A DNA stretch of 60,674 nt, the filler included, from Diploschistes diacapsis (taxonomy: Eukaryota), in assembly GCA_023645945.1 (NCBI GenBank). It is 7 parts of 7 records of this genome, joined end to end, with 100 filler letters (N's around TTAATTAATTAA, not from the genome) between each part and the next. Parts side by side here need not be neighbours in the genome. Positions count along the whole stretch, not along the records: positions 33,536 to 38,899 come from JALAIB010001562.1; positions 39,000 to 44,358 come from JALAIB010001563.1; positions 44,459 to 49,800 come from JALAIB010001564.1; 4 more parts are not named here. One strand, given 5' to 3'. Every line of letters starts with the position of its first letter. Positions within the stretch are counted from its first letter, which is position 1. A program made the translations under genes and the position numbers. The notes under the pieces were generated by a model, which was not told the origin of the DNA, did no database searches, and saw nothing but the letters and a program-made list of their open reading frames with translations. This document shows positions 35,654-47,502 of the stretch, piece by piece.

Positions 35654-37189
35654 TTGCTAGACTACTACCGAGCCCTGGTGACTCATTTCTCTGCGCATTC
35701 TCCAAGCGCATACGTCGAGCGGTGTGGAGAGTTCGGAGGTTCTCGCTCCGCGACGCTTTTCAACGACTTAGACAAAGCCTCAGAAGTCTCGCACAACGAA
35801 CCAGATCTCTCTTCTGGCGAGATGAAGACCACTGGGAAGAAGGCGGAGGGTGATGCTAGGGACGAGCAGGCACCAGCACCGAATAACCCAAGAACGCCAA
35901 GGAGAGCTAGGAACCACTTTACGAATGAGAGAGTAGTCTTCGGACCAAAGTCGAAGCTACTAAACATCGATCTTAGCAACTTCTTTATCAATCCACTCGC
36001 CTGGGACAGTCTCACCGAAAGCCAGAGGCAACACTTGAAGGAGCGGTTGCCAGCTCACATCACCTACGAAGAGTCAGGGCGGCCGAGCTTCGATTTCCTA
36101 AAGTATGATATGAATTGGAAAAGCGACTTAAGGAGATTCCAAGAAGAACTAGCCGACGGCAAGTACGAGCCGGAATGGCTGAAGGAAGCACAGCAGGCTT
36201 CGGAAGACCGCGCTGCTGGCAAGTTTGACGCGTGGAAACTAGAGAAATTCGAGGCATACTGGGGCCAGAAGCAAGAGGTCGACAACCACGAGCTCTCAGG
36301 CGCGTTGAATGAGGTGCAGCTCGAACATCTAATCGCAGATGAGGCTTTCAAAGAGGGAGATGTTTGGTTCTACGTCAGAGCGTTTGGCAGGGGGAAGGCT
36401 GTGTTGTTACTAGAATACAATGCAAAGCTTGTGGAGATTGACGACAACGGCAAACTCAAATTTTTCGTCGCGGGCAACCGCGAACCTTCAGAAAAGCGTA
36501 GCCACGATGAGGCATTTGATACAAGCAATAAGCTTTCAGCTTCAGTTACTCCAGCTAAGCTTCCGAGGCGAGGCAACCATGATGCTTCTGCCGACTCTAT
36601 ATCATTTAAGCAAGACATTATCAACGGCACCGAAAATCCATCCTCAGATTCCGCTCCACCCGACGTCGATACGGTTTCTCACCAAGCGCAGTCTAGTTGT
36701 GGCGATATTAATGGTACATCGTCCAGCACAGTTCCACCGACTGTCGATACAATCGTCCTCGAAGTACGATCTGATCAAAGCAACGCCAACGGTACATCTT
36801 CCAATTTAAATCCATTGACTGCCAATACAATTGTCCTCCAAGCACAGTCTGACCATTGCGACGATATCTCAAATATCGACGCGGACTCTCCAAGACGCTA
36901 CAGTACCCGCCGCAACCGTGTCGCCACAATGATACTTGATCCCTCGACTCCACCAAAACCTAAAGTACCCCCTTGCAAGCCGCAATTCCCGCTTACCATC
37001 AAAGTCAACTCGCCACAGGAGCTCGAAAAGAACATCGTCCTCGCAGACGGCAGACGCAGGTGGGATAGCAGGAGTGATTCATGGAAACGCTTCTATTGCA
37101 AGAGAGAGGGCAAGGATATCGGGTCTCTGTGGAGCTTTCGAGAGCAATACTGGCTACGCAAGAACGGAAAGGCACCTTCGAAACCCTGA
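35654..37189 (+). CDS. ASX-homology (ASXH/DEUBAD) domain protein; true start and upstream exons (~35200-35650) unresolved
   Basis: AWDSLTESQRQHLKERLP...FLKYDMNWKSDLRRFQEELADGKYEPEWLKEA...FDAWKLEKFEAYWGQKQ. Confidence 0.8.
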   Translation: MLDYYRALVTHFSAHSPSAYVERCGEFGGSRSATLFNDLDKASEVSHNEPDLSSGEMKTTGKKAEGDARDEQAPAPNNPRTPRRARNHFTNERVVFGPKSKLLNIDLSNFFINPLAWDSLTESQRQHLKERLPAHITYEESGRPSFDFLKYDMNWKSDLRRFQEELADGKYEPEWLKEAQQASEDRAAGKFDAWKLEKFEAYWGQKQEVDNHELSGALNEVQLEHLIADEAFKEGDVWFYVRAFGRGKAVLLLEYNAKLVEIDDNGKLKFFVAGNREPSEKRSHDEAFDTSNKLSASVTPAKLPRRGNHDASADSISFKQDIINGTENPSSDSAPPDVDTVSHQAQSSCGDINGTSSSTVPPTVDTIVLEVRSDQSNANGTSSNLNPLTANTIVLQAQSDHCDDISNIDADSPRRYSTRRNRVATMILDPSTPPKPKVPPCKPQFPLTIKVNSPQELEKNIVLADGRRRWDSRSDSWKRFYCKREGKDIGSLWSFREQYWLRKNGKAPSKP

Positions 37190-37853
37190 GAAGTTGTCGG
37201 AAGATAAGCTGAAAGAGAGCTGAGCGCAGAAAGGATCTATATGATCAGTACCTGGCTAAGCATTTTTGTGAATCTTCAACTGCAGTCTACGAACTTGGCG
37301 TAAACGGTTCACACAGATATCGACAACTTATAGCTCTAATGATGGGAATAAACTCAGCATTAGGACGGTGGTTCACTAGGCACAGCGATATCAAGACATG
37401 GATAATGATTGATGCATGGCAGGAGGTTATGGAAGCATTTGCAGTAAGGCGCGGGAAGGGACGAGCATAGGCATGAGCGTGCATATTCTGGCGTGGATTC
37501 TTCTTCTTCTTTGGGAGGGCTGACGGCTTTGATCTTCGAGATACCCAGTTAGACCATTTGGTTTTACACCGAGCATCTGATAGATTATTTGACAATGGAA
37601 ATACCTCGCAGACTGTGGCATGCGTGAAATCGTGGACCTGGCGATATAGGACCTTGTGCTATACAGACTACACTAGCTAAAGTGAACCGGATGCTCTGGG
37701 CGCCTCTATTGTGGTCTACTCCATCTGGCATATGCTGCGGAACGTTTGGAGTTAGCATACATAGCAATTGATATATGAATCTCCTTCATCTGCGCTACTT
37801 TTCTACCTTCTTACCGTAGTAGGTCTCACATATCTCGCACTATCGCAATCATC

Positions 37854-38115
37854 TTAAACATCTTCAGCATCTGCCAGCCACCAGCTTCGGCAGCGACACA
37901 GCCTGCCAGAGACCTCCAATATCTCCTGGATCTTCTAGAGTCAGAAATTTGTTTGATTACCAGTGGATACTCCATTGAGAAGGACGCTACTAGTTAGGAA
38001 TCTTACGGGGACGTTGGAGACGCTGGAGATCTCTGGAAGGATTTATTGTTGTCGCTGTTCAAGCTGTTTTTACCGCTGTTAAGAGCTGCTGGCAGAAGTG
38101 CTGAAACATTTAGAG
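37854..38115. repeat. Degenerate inverted repeat (MITE-like or hairpin)
   Basis: Left-arm blocks TTCAGCA, CTGCCAGC, CAGCTT, CAGCGACA and CCAGAGACCTCCA are mirrored in order by TGGAGATCTCTGG, TGTCGCTG, AAGCTG, GCTGGCAG and TGCTGAA. Confidence 0.6.
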
Positions 38116-38470
38116 CGTCTTGAAAATACTAGATATGAGCAATGCCTGCGCTGATTATACGCGCATTGTATATGGGCGCAAGTAATCCATCACCTAAGCT
38201 CCATCACAAAACTTTTAAGAGCCAGCCAGCCAGTCAACCAATCAAAAGCCGCTTCCTCACCAAGCTCTCGAAAGCTCGCCGCAAGAGCTCCATCGTCACC
38301 CCTCTACTCTGTAACTCTTTGATACCAGCAAGCACCACGTAGCTTCCTTCAACCCCAGAATTTCAACCGCACCAAGACTCAAGTCATTACCGTCCACCTT
38401 TCTCCCCACGCCTCGCCTTCCCCCCGCATCATCCGCACCAACCAAAAAACCCAGCCTCAAAAAACAAGCC

Positions 38471-38899
38471 ATGGATTCTCCCCACTCCGACCAAACCAAG
38501 CTCGGCAACATGAACATCGACTCCCTCTCCCCCAGCGACCGGCGCGAGGTGGAGCAATTCGCGCGCGTACAAAACACGCAGATGGCTATCAACCAGAGTA
38601 ACTAACCCCTTCCCCCCTTTCACCACTCCCCCTCTACCGCTCTCCTTCCCGCAACCCCGTCACTAACACCCCCATTTCCACCACCAGTCGTCCACGACCT
38701 AACATCCGGCTGCTGGAAAAAATGCCTCTCTCCCCGCGCGCCCGCGCTGTCCGGTCCGCGCCTGACGAGCCAGGAGGAAAGCTGCGCGAATAACTGCGTC
38801 GCGCGCTGGATGGATAGTCAGACAGTTGTGCTGAAGGCGGTGAGCGCCGCGGCGAAGGAGGCGGATGGGACGGGATCGGGATCGGGATCTGGGTCGGGG
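38471..38899 (+). CDS. TIM8: Mitochondrial small Tim chaperone, Tim8-like (stop lies beyond the contig end)
   Basis: LSPSDRREVEQF, one intron, VHDLTSG, twin CX3C motifs CWKKC and CANNC, then VARWMD. Confidence 0.82.
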
Positions 38900-38999
38900 N
38901 NNNNNNNNNNNNNNNNNNNNNNNNNNNNNNNNNNNNNNNNNNNTTAATTAATTAANNNNNNNNNNNNNNNNNNNNNNNNNNNNNNNNNNNNNNNNNNNN
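38900..38999. other. Artificial contig linker
   Basis: N44-TTAATTAATTAA-N44. Confidence 0.98.
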
Positions 39000-41900
39000 G
39001 CCAACAGGCGCGGAAGAGCTAGGCCGAGCTGGAGTCGGTGGGAAAAAATGCTTACTACTTACTATGTGGTGGATTGGATTAACAGCTCACTGCAAAGAGA
39101 AAAGGGCATTATTGTTTTGGAGGAGAGCGACGTTGCAAAAAGAAAAATGAGGTCTCACCACTTGGCCTTTCTACCATGCTAACAACCAGATGTACGCTGT
39201 CGGCCGCCAGGCCTGTTGACAACCCCAGGCTCCTGCGGAAGGCAAGTTTGTTACAGCAACGCCGCCCACGGCCAACGCAAACTTTCTCTGTCAGGCACAG
39301 CCGTGACTCCCGTTGCCTCCTCCTCTCGAGGGATCCACAGTAGTAGGAGATAGTGTGCGAGCAGGCGACATCAGACCCCCCCCCTCCCCAATACAAGAAG
39401 AGTTTGAGGGATGCTTCGGACCAAGTATCCAAAGAGGCCTAACTTAGCCGAAGTTTCTCCCCAGAACTTTCAGGGTTTCTAATATCGCCCTTGGCTGAGA
39501 GTGGGCGGAACAGCAAACGCGATGTGGCTGATTTGTCCCTGCAAGCCCTTCCCCACACGTGAGCAAGGGAGCTCGATATTTTTTTTGCACAGCAAGTGAT
39601 ATTATTATTATCTGCTGTACTAGCTGAAGCTTAACATCTCCACCACCACCACCACCACCACCACACACACGCCCCGATGAGGATTGAGCCCCCAAACCCC
39701 TTTCTTACAGGGCCAACAAGGCTCCATGAATTTGAGCGGGATAGGTAGACCCAGTCCTCATCAGGACTGTCGAGAGGAGGGGACTGGGCAGCTCCTAATC
39801 CAACTCAAAACAATGTTGCATGACGACTCGGGTCAGCCTTTCTCCGAGATTCGCCCCAGCAGCTCAAGGCCTTCTCGCGGGACTTAATGGGTGTCTGTGG
39901 GGGGGGGGCTTTTTGCAAACGCGAAGCGCATTCAAAAGCAGGTATCATCCTCATCGCTATTGAACTTGGAACCAGAAAAGCCCGCCGGATCAGCGCAATT
40001 TTTTTTTGCTGCCCTGCGCTGAAGAAGATAGGCTTTGGGGGGAGAGAGCTCAATCGAGAAATACTCCGAATGTGGCGTCACCCAAAGCGAGAAAACCCAC
40101 GCTGGGGGAGATGATGTGGCAGTGGGCAGTTGTGGCTAAGCTCAAATGCGAATGTCGCGCGTGTACGGCGCGCGTTTCTTGCTACTTCGCATTGGGGGGG
40201 TTTTTTTTTTGTAGACGCGATTTTTTTCCCATCTCGGGCTTAGCGACTGAGGTTCGGATCAAGTATTGTTCCCCATGAAATTGCTTTCGTAGTTATAATA
40301 TCTTCTTGTATCATTTGTTTTCCTTCCTTTACAACGGTCATGTTTCCATTGCAAAACAAAATATAAAAAAAATAATAAATTGGTCACGTAAACGTACGGT
40401 CGAACGAAAGCTTAGATGAGGAGCAAGCTGAGAATTATGAGTTCTGGATCATCAGATTTGGATTGTTTTTCGTAGCTGGTCGTTCAAATGGATAGATTAC
40501 GATTTGAGTGTCGGACAAGCTCGTTACGCCGAGCGGATGGTCTCGCTAGATAGCCCAGGCTTTCGCATAATTTTTATCCCAAAGCACATAGCCCCAGCAT
40601 GACAGGAGTCTGAAATCTAGTAGCAGCCCGTGGCAACCAAGTATAACACGGTATTTCCTGCGAGCTACTTTGTAGTTGGCCAGCTGTCGACTATAGAGCA
40701 GTAAGGCACGAGCGGAGGGAAAGATGGAACGTGCATCCAAGACGTCGATGGGAGGAAAGTATGCATCTATTGCGCCCATGGTCCACCATCCACCCACTCA
40801 ACCCTTAATGGCCATGGCGAAAGGGCGGACGAAAGGTAAGCTGTCTATCGATGCATCTGCAATTTTGCGCACACACAATCAGGTCGTGGCTCATGAGCAT
40901 GCCGACCTTGGTAACAACCCTGGATCTTCGGCACACAAATAGAGTCAGACACCAGGCCTTATACTCTGATGGAGCACTTTCACAGTCCAGAACAAATCGG
41001 GCTCCGGGCGTGCTTCTTGACCCTAAGCCAAATGTTAACGATAGGATCGTAAAGAACGAGCAAAAGAAACAGGAAAACACGAGCGTCGAAGACGAAGACA
41101 AGAACGAAGGCGAATAATTCTATGAGCGCTGGTCACTGATTGCTCCCGAACGTGCTTTTAGGGCTATATAATAACGAAGAATGGAAGGCGCGAAGGATTT
41201 GCGGAAGGTCCAATAACCCGGGTTTGTTTCCCTTAGCGTTGATTCCTCGGCACGTGTGTATAGGAAAGACATTCCTTGTTGTGTTGTCGTGATTGCCCGA
41301 GACAAAGGAGAGTAAGGGACCCTCGTACGGACCCTCGGACGTGTATCTCAATAGTGCGCCAACCCGTTCTAGCACCGTGAAGGAAACTAAATAAAGCCAA
41401 ACCAACTCTATCTTCAAACACAAAGATACATGCGATAACACTAAGCACTATGCGGAAAGTATGACCCGCCAGCTCTTAATTCAACACTGAATCCTCGGCA
41501 TATGAAGCTAGCAAGGCCCCAATCTCCAAACTAGGGCGATTGGTTGCGACATTCGAGAATGAGGTTTCGGGTCCTCCGATGTCCTTGTGAACAGTAAGCC
41601 ATGCCATTGCAACACGGTATCAAGGCTGAAGTAGTATGAACCAAAACAATTCTAACCTTAGACACAGCGACACATGTGCCGGCACAAAGTATGCCAAGGA
41701 TGGTCTGCCACACCGGGTCTTCTTTCCATGCTGAGCCCTCGGCACATAAAAGCGGCAAGACACCAATCTCTCATTCCTGGCGACAGGCCGTCACATTGGA
41801 CAACAGGGGCACGAGACTTTCGCCGCCCTTCTCAATGGTAAGTAAAGTCATTGCAGCACGATATGAAGGTGTGAAATAGAAAGAAACACAACAACTCTGT

Positions 41901-42565
41901 CTTTGGGCGCAAAGACACATGATCTGACACAAGACATCTTGCCGATAGCACGTAGACCTTGCAAGACACCCAGAGGGCCGCGCTTCTTTTCGATGCGCTT
42001 CTCGATAAGCAAGAGCCTTTAGCTGCAGAATCGGTGGGAGAGATGGAGGAAATAAATCAAGAACACATTCAACCATATATACACTGGCAGACCCTCCGAC
42101 ACAAAACATCTGGGGGAAGATCTGGCCCGCCATGTCCACGTCTTTTCACAACGAGAGCTCCTCGGCACGTAAAAACAGCATGACACCAAGCGCTGGCCTG
42201 TGGCGATATGTTGTTGAAACATTGAAGAATGCGGCTCGACCGACGAGCTACGCAACGAGAAGCCAAGCCGTTAGCCGCAGGATCGATACAATAGAATGGG
42301 TGGAATATAAAGAGAACCTCTGGCCTCGGGAACTTGCACAAGCCGGTTCACAGAAAGCCAAGCGCCGAAGATCCGGAATACCATGTCTTTGACTAGCCCT
42401 GGCTTCTTGACGTCAAGCCTTGCAAGACACTAATCTCTGGTGGTTGGCAGGAAACCATTGTTGCAGTTGAGGGTGTGACGGTGCTTCTGGCGTGTTTGCC
42501 GATGATGAATCAGGCTGGTAGGCACCCATAATACAAAAAGGGATAAAAACAAAACCAAAACCAAT

Positions 42566-43031
42566 CTATTCGGGGACACAACTGCAAGCCACCAGACACA
42601 TGATATTGTGCGGATGATGTTGCGTTCCAGGCCTTATTACCATGGTGTTTCTCAGGCACATAAATCGAGCAAGGCACCAATTTCTGGGAGTTGGTGGTAG
42701 CCTACATTGGAGAAGAACCGGGGTCCTCCGAGGTGCTTCTTGATGATGAGCCAATCGACTATTTGCAGCACAATGGGAAAATGGTGAAATCAAACAAGAG
42801 AAGAGTTCCAGCAATGACATGAACAAAAGTAAACGGTAACGTACCTAATGGTTCCAACTCAGCCCGTGGCTTGTTCACTTGTTGGTCGAAGTAATTCTCC
42901 CTTTCATATAGATCGTTGTAAGCTTTGGCGTCACGTCTTTCAAGTGCATGGAAGTTTGGATCATCGCAGTCGCCGCGACCTATGGTGGCAAGGGTGATGG
43001 CTAGAGCAAGAAATGTCTTGGGAGAGACCAT
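42566..43031 (-). CDS. Putative small secreted protein (signal peptide, Kex2-like ERR site); exon structure uncertain
   Basis: MVSPKTFLALAITLATIGRG signal-like start and ALERR. GTACGT donor near 42843. A downstream Cys-rich frame ends CLVACSCVPE. Confidence 0.45.
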
Positions 43032-43894
43032 TTCTGGATGCGGTATAAAGTCTGAAATCTGGTTTCTGAATGCTTGAAGAGACTGATATCTGGCTGGGTA
43101 TGGAGGGGAGATGAGATGAAGCGATAGCTAACAGTTGAATAGGAATATCTGAAGAGACTGATGGCTGGGTTTGTATCGAGATAGGATGCAATGATAGCGA
43201 GTAGCTGGTATGGGAAGCTACTCGAATCCTTGAGAAGAAGACTGGTTTATATCAAATGGAGTCCAAGCGATGGCAGACAAACAGAATAAGAACGGCAAAG
43301 ACATTGTGTTTTATATAAGCGCATGGTTCTAACAAGTTACAGCCGCAGCAGAAGTATTTAGAGAAATATTAAGGTTCAGCGGTAAAGCAGCTCGCAGTAG
43401 TTGAAGCCGCTCAGTTGCTTTAAGCCTTTGAGAAGTTACATGGATATCTGTTTGTCAGTGATTAAGTCCTTTCAGGAGGTGTGCAGCGGATACGCGAGTC
43501 GCCCGCTTGAAGCATGAAACGACCTGCGGTCAGTCAATCTGCAGGACAAAATGGTAGCGATAGGGAGTGAAATGCCATGCAGGAAAAGACACCACACTAC
43601 TAGGGGGCTGAGCCTGATCTGGAAGGATTACATGCTGGCTGGGCATCTGCAGGATAAAAGGTCTCGATTTCGAAAAGCTAAAGAACTAACTATATGGGGG
43701 ACGGCAGAAAATAAAAACCCCTACAGTCAGCCCTATAGGGTTCAGCCCTTGAGCCCTAAAACACTCAGGGTATTTATTATACGCGATATCATGCGATATC
43801 ACGCGATATATGTTTTATGTTGTGGGCTTGAGGACGGTCTGTTAACGAGGCTGCAAGCAATTCTTCGTAGCAAAGTTACGTGGCTGGACCCTAG

Positions 43895-44205
43895 AACGGC
43901 ACTGTGTTTCCCAAGACAATTCCAGCAACCAGTGGGAATGTCAACAATGCTCTTGGTCTCCTTCCCGGTGGTAATGGTCGTGCCGTTCTTTCACGGCCTT
44001 CAACCAGCGACACGATTGACTTTGGACTGAACATCGTTGGATATCTCAACATTACGTTCTTAGAAGCCTCAGCAAACATTCCTGGCCCGCATCGCCTTCC
44101 CTGAAACTACCAAATTCTTGAGCAATAGCTCAGACTTTACGCGCTCTGATAATGGCGACTCAATTACGCCTGGGACGGATCAAGTTGCGGTCAACAGCAG
44201 CGTGG
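43895..44205 (+). pseudogene. Fragment of a fungal alpha-L-rhamnosidase-like (GH78) gene
   Basis: IDFGLNIVGYLNITF...ASANIPG, a frameshift near 44087, then RIAFPETTKFLSNSSDFTRSDNGDSITPGTDQVAV. No ATG or signal peptide and no catalytic domain. Confidence 0.6.
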
Positions 44206-44358
44206 GTGACATCACTGTTTCGGGGGCAGTTATTCTGACCGAAATAAACGCTATTACATAAGTAAATTATCGGAGTTGACACTTCCGATCTTTCTGAATT
44301 TTCTATGTCTTCCCACTACATCTCAATATACGTGCACGGTTTATTTGAAGCAAAGAAT

Positions 44359-44458
44359 NNNNNNNNNNNNNNNNNNNNNNNNNNNNNNNNNNNNNNNNNN
44401 NNTTAATTAATTAANNNNNNNNNNNNNNNNNNNNNNNNNNNNNNNNNNNNNNNNNNNN
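44359..44458. other. Artificial contig linker
   Basis: N44-TTAATTAATTAA-N44. Confidence 0.98.
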
Positions 44459-44788
44459 GGAGGGAGGGGAGGAGATGGAGGAGATGTGAGGACTGGGTGA
44501 GAGGATTGGGGCGAAGGAAACTTGAAGGGCATGTATGGTGTTGGAGATAGATGGCTGCCTGCGGGAGGGGCGCAGAGATAGATGCGATGCAATGCTCAAG
44601 ACCAATGCGTTTTCGCGGACAGACAGGCAGACAGACCGAATGGGTTCGATGAGGCAACTTATGACGACAAGATGAGAAGGAAAGCTTCGGACGGCTTGCA
44701 CTGAGTCGGGATTGTATGCCCAACAAATCAATCCATCATAGATACAAAAAAATCTCGGGTATGATCCGCGCCCCAGCCATGGACCGCC

Positions 44789-46375
44789 CTAAGGCCTCCT
44801 AACATAACGCCTCCAGAAGTACAGCGCCGCCGCAGTGCCCACGACGGTTCTCAACGCCAACGTGACAAAGATTGCGCGCTGGATCTGTTCAAAGTACCCA
44901 TCGAGCATATATCCCGCCGCGCTGAACGCCGTCGACCCAACCTCCCCCACCCTCGACCCGTGCACGCCTTCCTTCCAACCATGTGCACTCTCTCCTTCGC
45001 CCGCCTCTTCCTTCGCCACCATTTCCTCCACCTTAGCATCCGGCGCAGTCCCAATCCCCTCTTCAATCAGCACGGGCGGCTTCGCACCCCTGGCAATCTC
45101 CTCGCGTGCTCCACCGGGCGCTTTGAGAGTGCGCAGCTTCCGCTTCCGGAAATTATAGCCCAGCGCCCACGTCATGAGCCGGATATCCGGCCTCGACAAC
45201 GTCGGCCAGCGCCACCACGTCAGATCCCTGCGCGAGGGCATGAGGCCCAGCAGATCCGAGACGATGCCCTGCGTGAGCCCCCACAGCAACAGGCTGCGCC
45301 GAGGATCGGGCGAGTCTCCGTCCGGAGTGCTGCTGAAAAGGCGCTGGATCCAGGGCGCGTCGTCCAGGAGGCCGTGCGCTAGACTCCTCAGCACGCCCCG
45401 CTCCTTATCCGCTTGCCTGCAGTCCTCGGCAATCTTTGCGGCCTCCCCTTCTTCGTCGCTGTACACGCTCTCGCTCGGCGCTAGCCTGATGGCGGAGTAC
45501 AACATGCGCCCTAGCATGAGCCTGAGGCCCCATCGGGCCGCCGAGCCGCCCCAGCCCAGACCCCAGCGTACGGCGAACCGGTCCACGAGGTCGGCGCGCT
45601 CGTACGTCCTAGCTCCTGGGTCTATCAGGGCGTGGATGGGGACCCAATGCGCGCTGCCGACTTCTGCCGGTTGCAGGCGCAGGACATTGGCCATGGGGTC
45701 GGGAGAAGTGAGTAGGAAGACGAAGGGGCAGAGCACCATGAGTGGGATGGCGCCGAAGTCGGTTGTGATGAGGCGCTGGGGGAGGGGGCCGGCTAGGAGG
45801 ACAGGAGGCCAGGCTTCTTCCTGGGCTTCCTGCTTCCAGCCTGCAGGTTCTGGGCCGTTCCCATGCGGATCCGGGTGCACGGCTGTGCTATCAAGACTGC
45901 CAGATTCGGCGTTTGAAGCAGGGCCTTGAGCGTCGGTGGTAGAGGATAAGTCGATGCCGACTTCTTCCATAGTTTCTCGAATTGCTGCTGCAAGGTTACT
46001 TGCATCGTTGGGGTCTCTTTTACCACCAGGTAGCGCCACATGCGAGGTCCAGCGGTCGCCCCGCCGTGCAGCACGTTTGATGAACAGGACTTCCGGTGTG
46101 CCATTCTGGACCCAAGGGAGAGAGAAAAAGGATTCGAGCTGGGAACGAAATCTGTTGGTGCCTAGAGAGGTAGAGTCTGGCAAAGGTGGAGGCGAGGGAG
46201 CGGTTAGAAAGTCAGGATGCCGCGGCCGAATGCGGATAAGGCAGGCGACGGAGGCGCGCTTCTTGCACTTTGGAGGATTGGGAAGCTCAGGCCAACGGTT
46301 ATCGTGGAGGGTTAGAAGTAGGGGGTGAAGATCTTTGATTATCGGGTTCCTAGTGGTTGCGGAAGGTAAGGACAT
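44789..46375 (-). CDS. Nudix hydrolase (CoA-pyrophosphatase-like subfamily) with C-terminal TM
   Basis: 528-aa ORF with KRASVA, EVLFIKRAARRGDRWTSHVALPGGKRD, Nudix box AAIRETMEEVGIDL and LLWGLT. Confidence 0.9.
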   Translation of the reverse strand: MSLPSATTRNPIIKDLHPLLLTLHDNRWPELPNPPKCKKRASVACLIRIRPRHPDFLTAPSPPPLPDSTSLGTNRFRSQLESFFSLPWVQNGTPEVLFIKRAARRGDRWTSHVALPGGKRDPNDASNLAAAIRETMEEVGIDLSSTTDAQGPASNAESGSLDSTAVHPDPHGNGPEPAGWKQEAQEEAWPPVLLAGPLPQRLITTDFGAIPLMVLCPFVFLLTSPDPMANVLRLQPAEVGSAHWVPIHALIDPGARTYERADLVDRFAVRWGLGWGGSAARWGLRLMLGRMLYSAIRLAPSESVYSDEEGEAAKIAEDCRQADKERGVLRSLAHGLLDDAPWIQRLFSSTPDGDSPDPRRSLLLWGLTQGIVSDLLGLMPSRRDLTWWRWPTLSRPDIRLMTWALGYNFRKRKLRTLKAPGGAREEIARGAKPPVLIEEGIGTAPDAKVEEMVAKEEAGEGESAHGWKEGVHGSRVGEVGSTAFSAAGYMLDGYFEQIQRAIFVTLALRTVVGTAAALYFWRRYVRRP

Positions 46376-47502
46376 GATTAGAGAATCGGAGCTATACGAA
46401 GAAGGTCTGAAATATTAGAGGCTTTGCTATGGTCAATTAAATAGTAGAGAGAGTCTAGCGATCAAGCGCGGTTCAAGAAAAATACAAGAACATATTGAAA
46501 GAGAAGTGGAACGACAATATTTGCTTGTTGATGGACTGAATACATGTATGTATGGAGGAGAATACGGCTTGAACTGACCAATCAGAGCGCGAGGCAGCAT
46601 CGAGGTTTCTGTAAGGCTTTGCAACGTCAATTCTCCTACTTCACTGAGTGTGTACACGGTCTCTGCCACTGACTTCGTCACGATCAGGTAGCTTTGATAC
46701 CCTCCTGTCGCTCTAATCATTTTTTAATTCGACTCTTCTGTAGGGAAACCAAAAACCGTCATCCTCATTCCTGGCTCTTGGCTCCCGGCCCGTTAGTGGG
46801 TTTCCTGACCTTCCTTACCAGGAGTCCTTGGGCTGCAGTGACAAGTTTTCCCACTTTGCAGAATGGAAATCATGGATTACAAGTCTAAGTTTCCGAATCC
46901 TATCAAGGACTACACACAACCTACTTTGCACCCAAACTCTAGTCTGCTGATCACGGTTCCAAGCATCACAACAGCGCCCGGTCGCGAGCGTAGGTATATG
47001 GGATACCTCGAAGGGGCCTTGAAGGAGCCGCGCTTAGCATTCTTCTCCTTTACTTATCTAAAGCCTCTTTTGCTCCATGATGAACATACAGAAAGTCTCA
47101 TACCAATCAATGTTTCTACGCATGGTCTCCTGACAAGCTGCATTTTAGATCCCGAACGTTTTGCTGACTGTTTCTATTGTTCCAAGCATCACTTGCCCCA
47201 TTTGAGCTTCAATTTTCCATTTCATCTGGAGGACTATTCTGCTCAACCCCTCTTTCTTCTCGCCTTGTGCAGCCTGGCACATTTCTCATGCTTCTGTTAG
47301 GCGTTCGTAAGGAAGCCGAACGCAATCCGTATATGCATGACTTCATCAGACACCTATGCCGCATTTGGGATAACGAAACAGGAACAGCTATATCAAGGTT
47401 ATCGAACATTCTCTTCCTCCAGTCTACTTTGGATGATACTCCTGTGTCGAATATTTTGGCAAGCCATTGATTTCGTTAAAGCCGTCTTTCTCGATTTCGG
47501 AA

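Noticed and set aside
39000..42500. Numerous 60-120 aa ORFs
   Set aside because: No family resemblance or coherent exon structure; treated as intergenic or unrecognisable relic.
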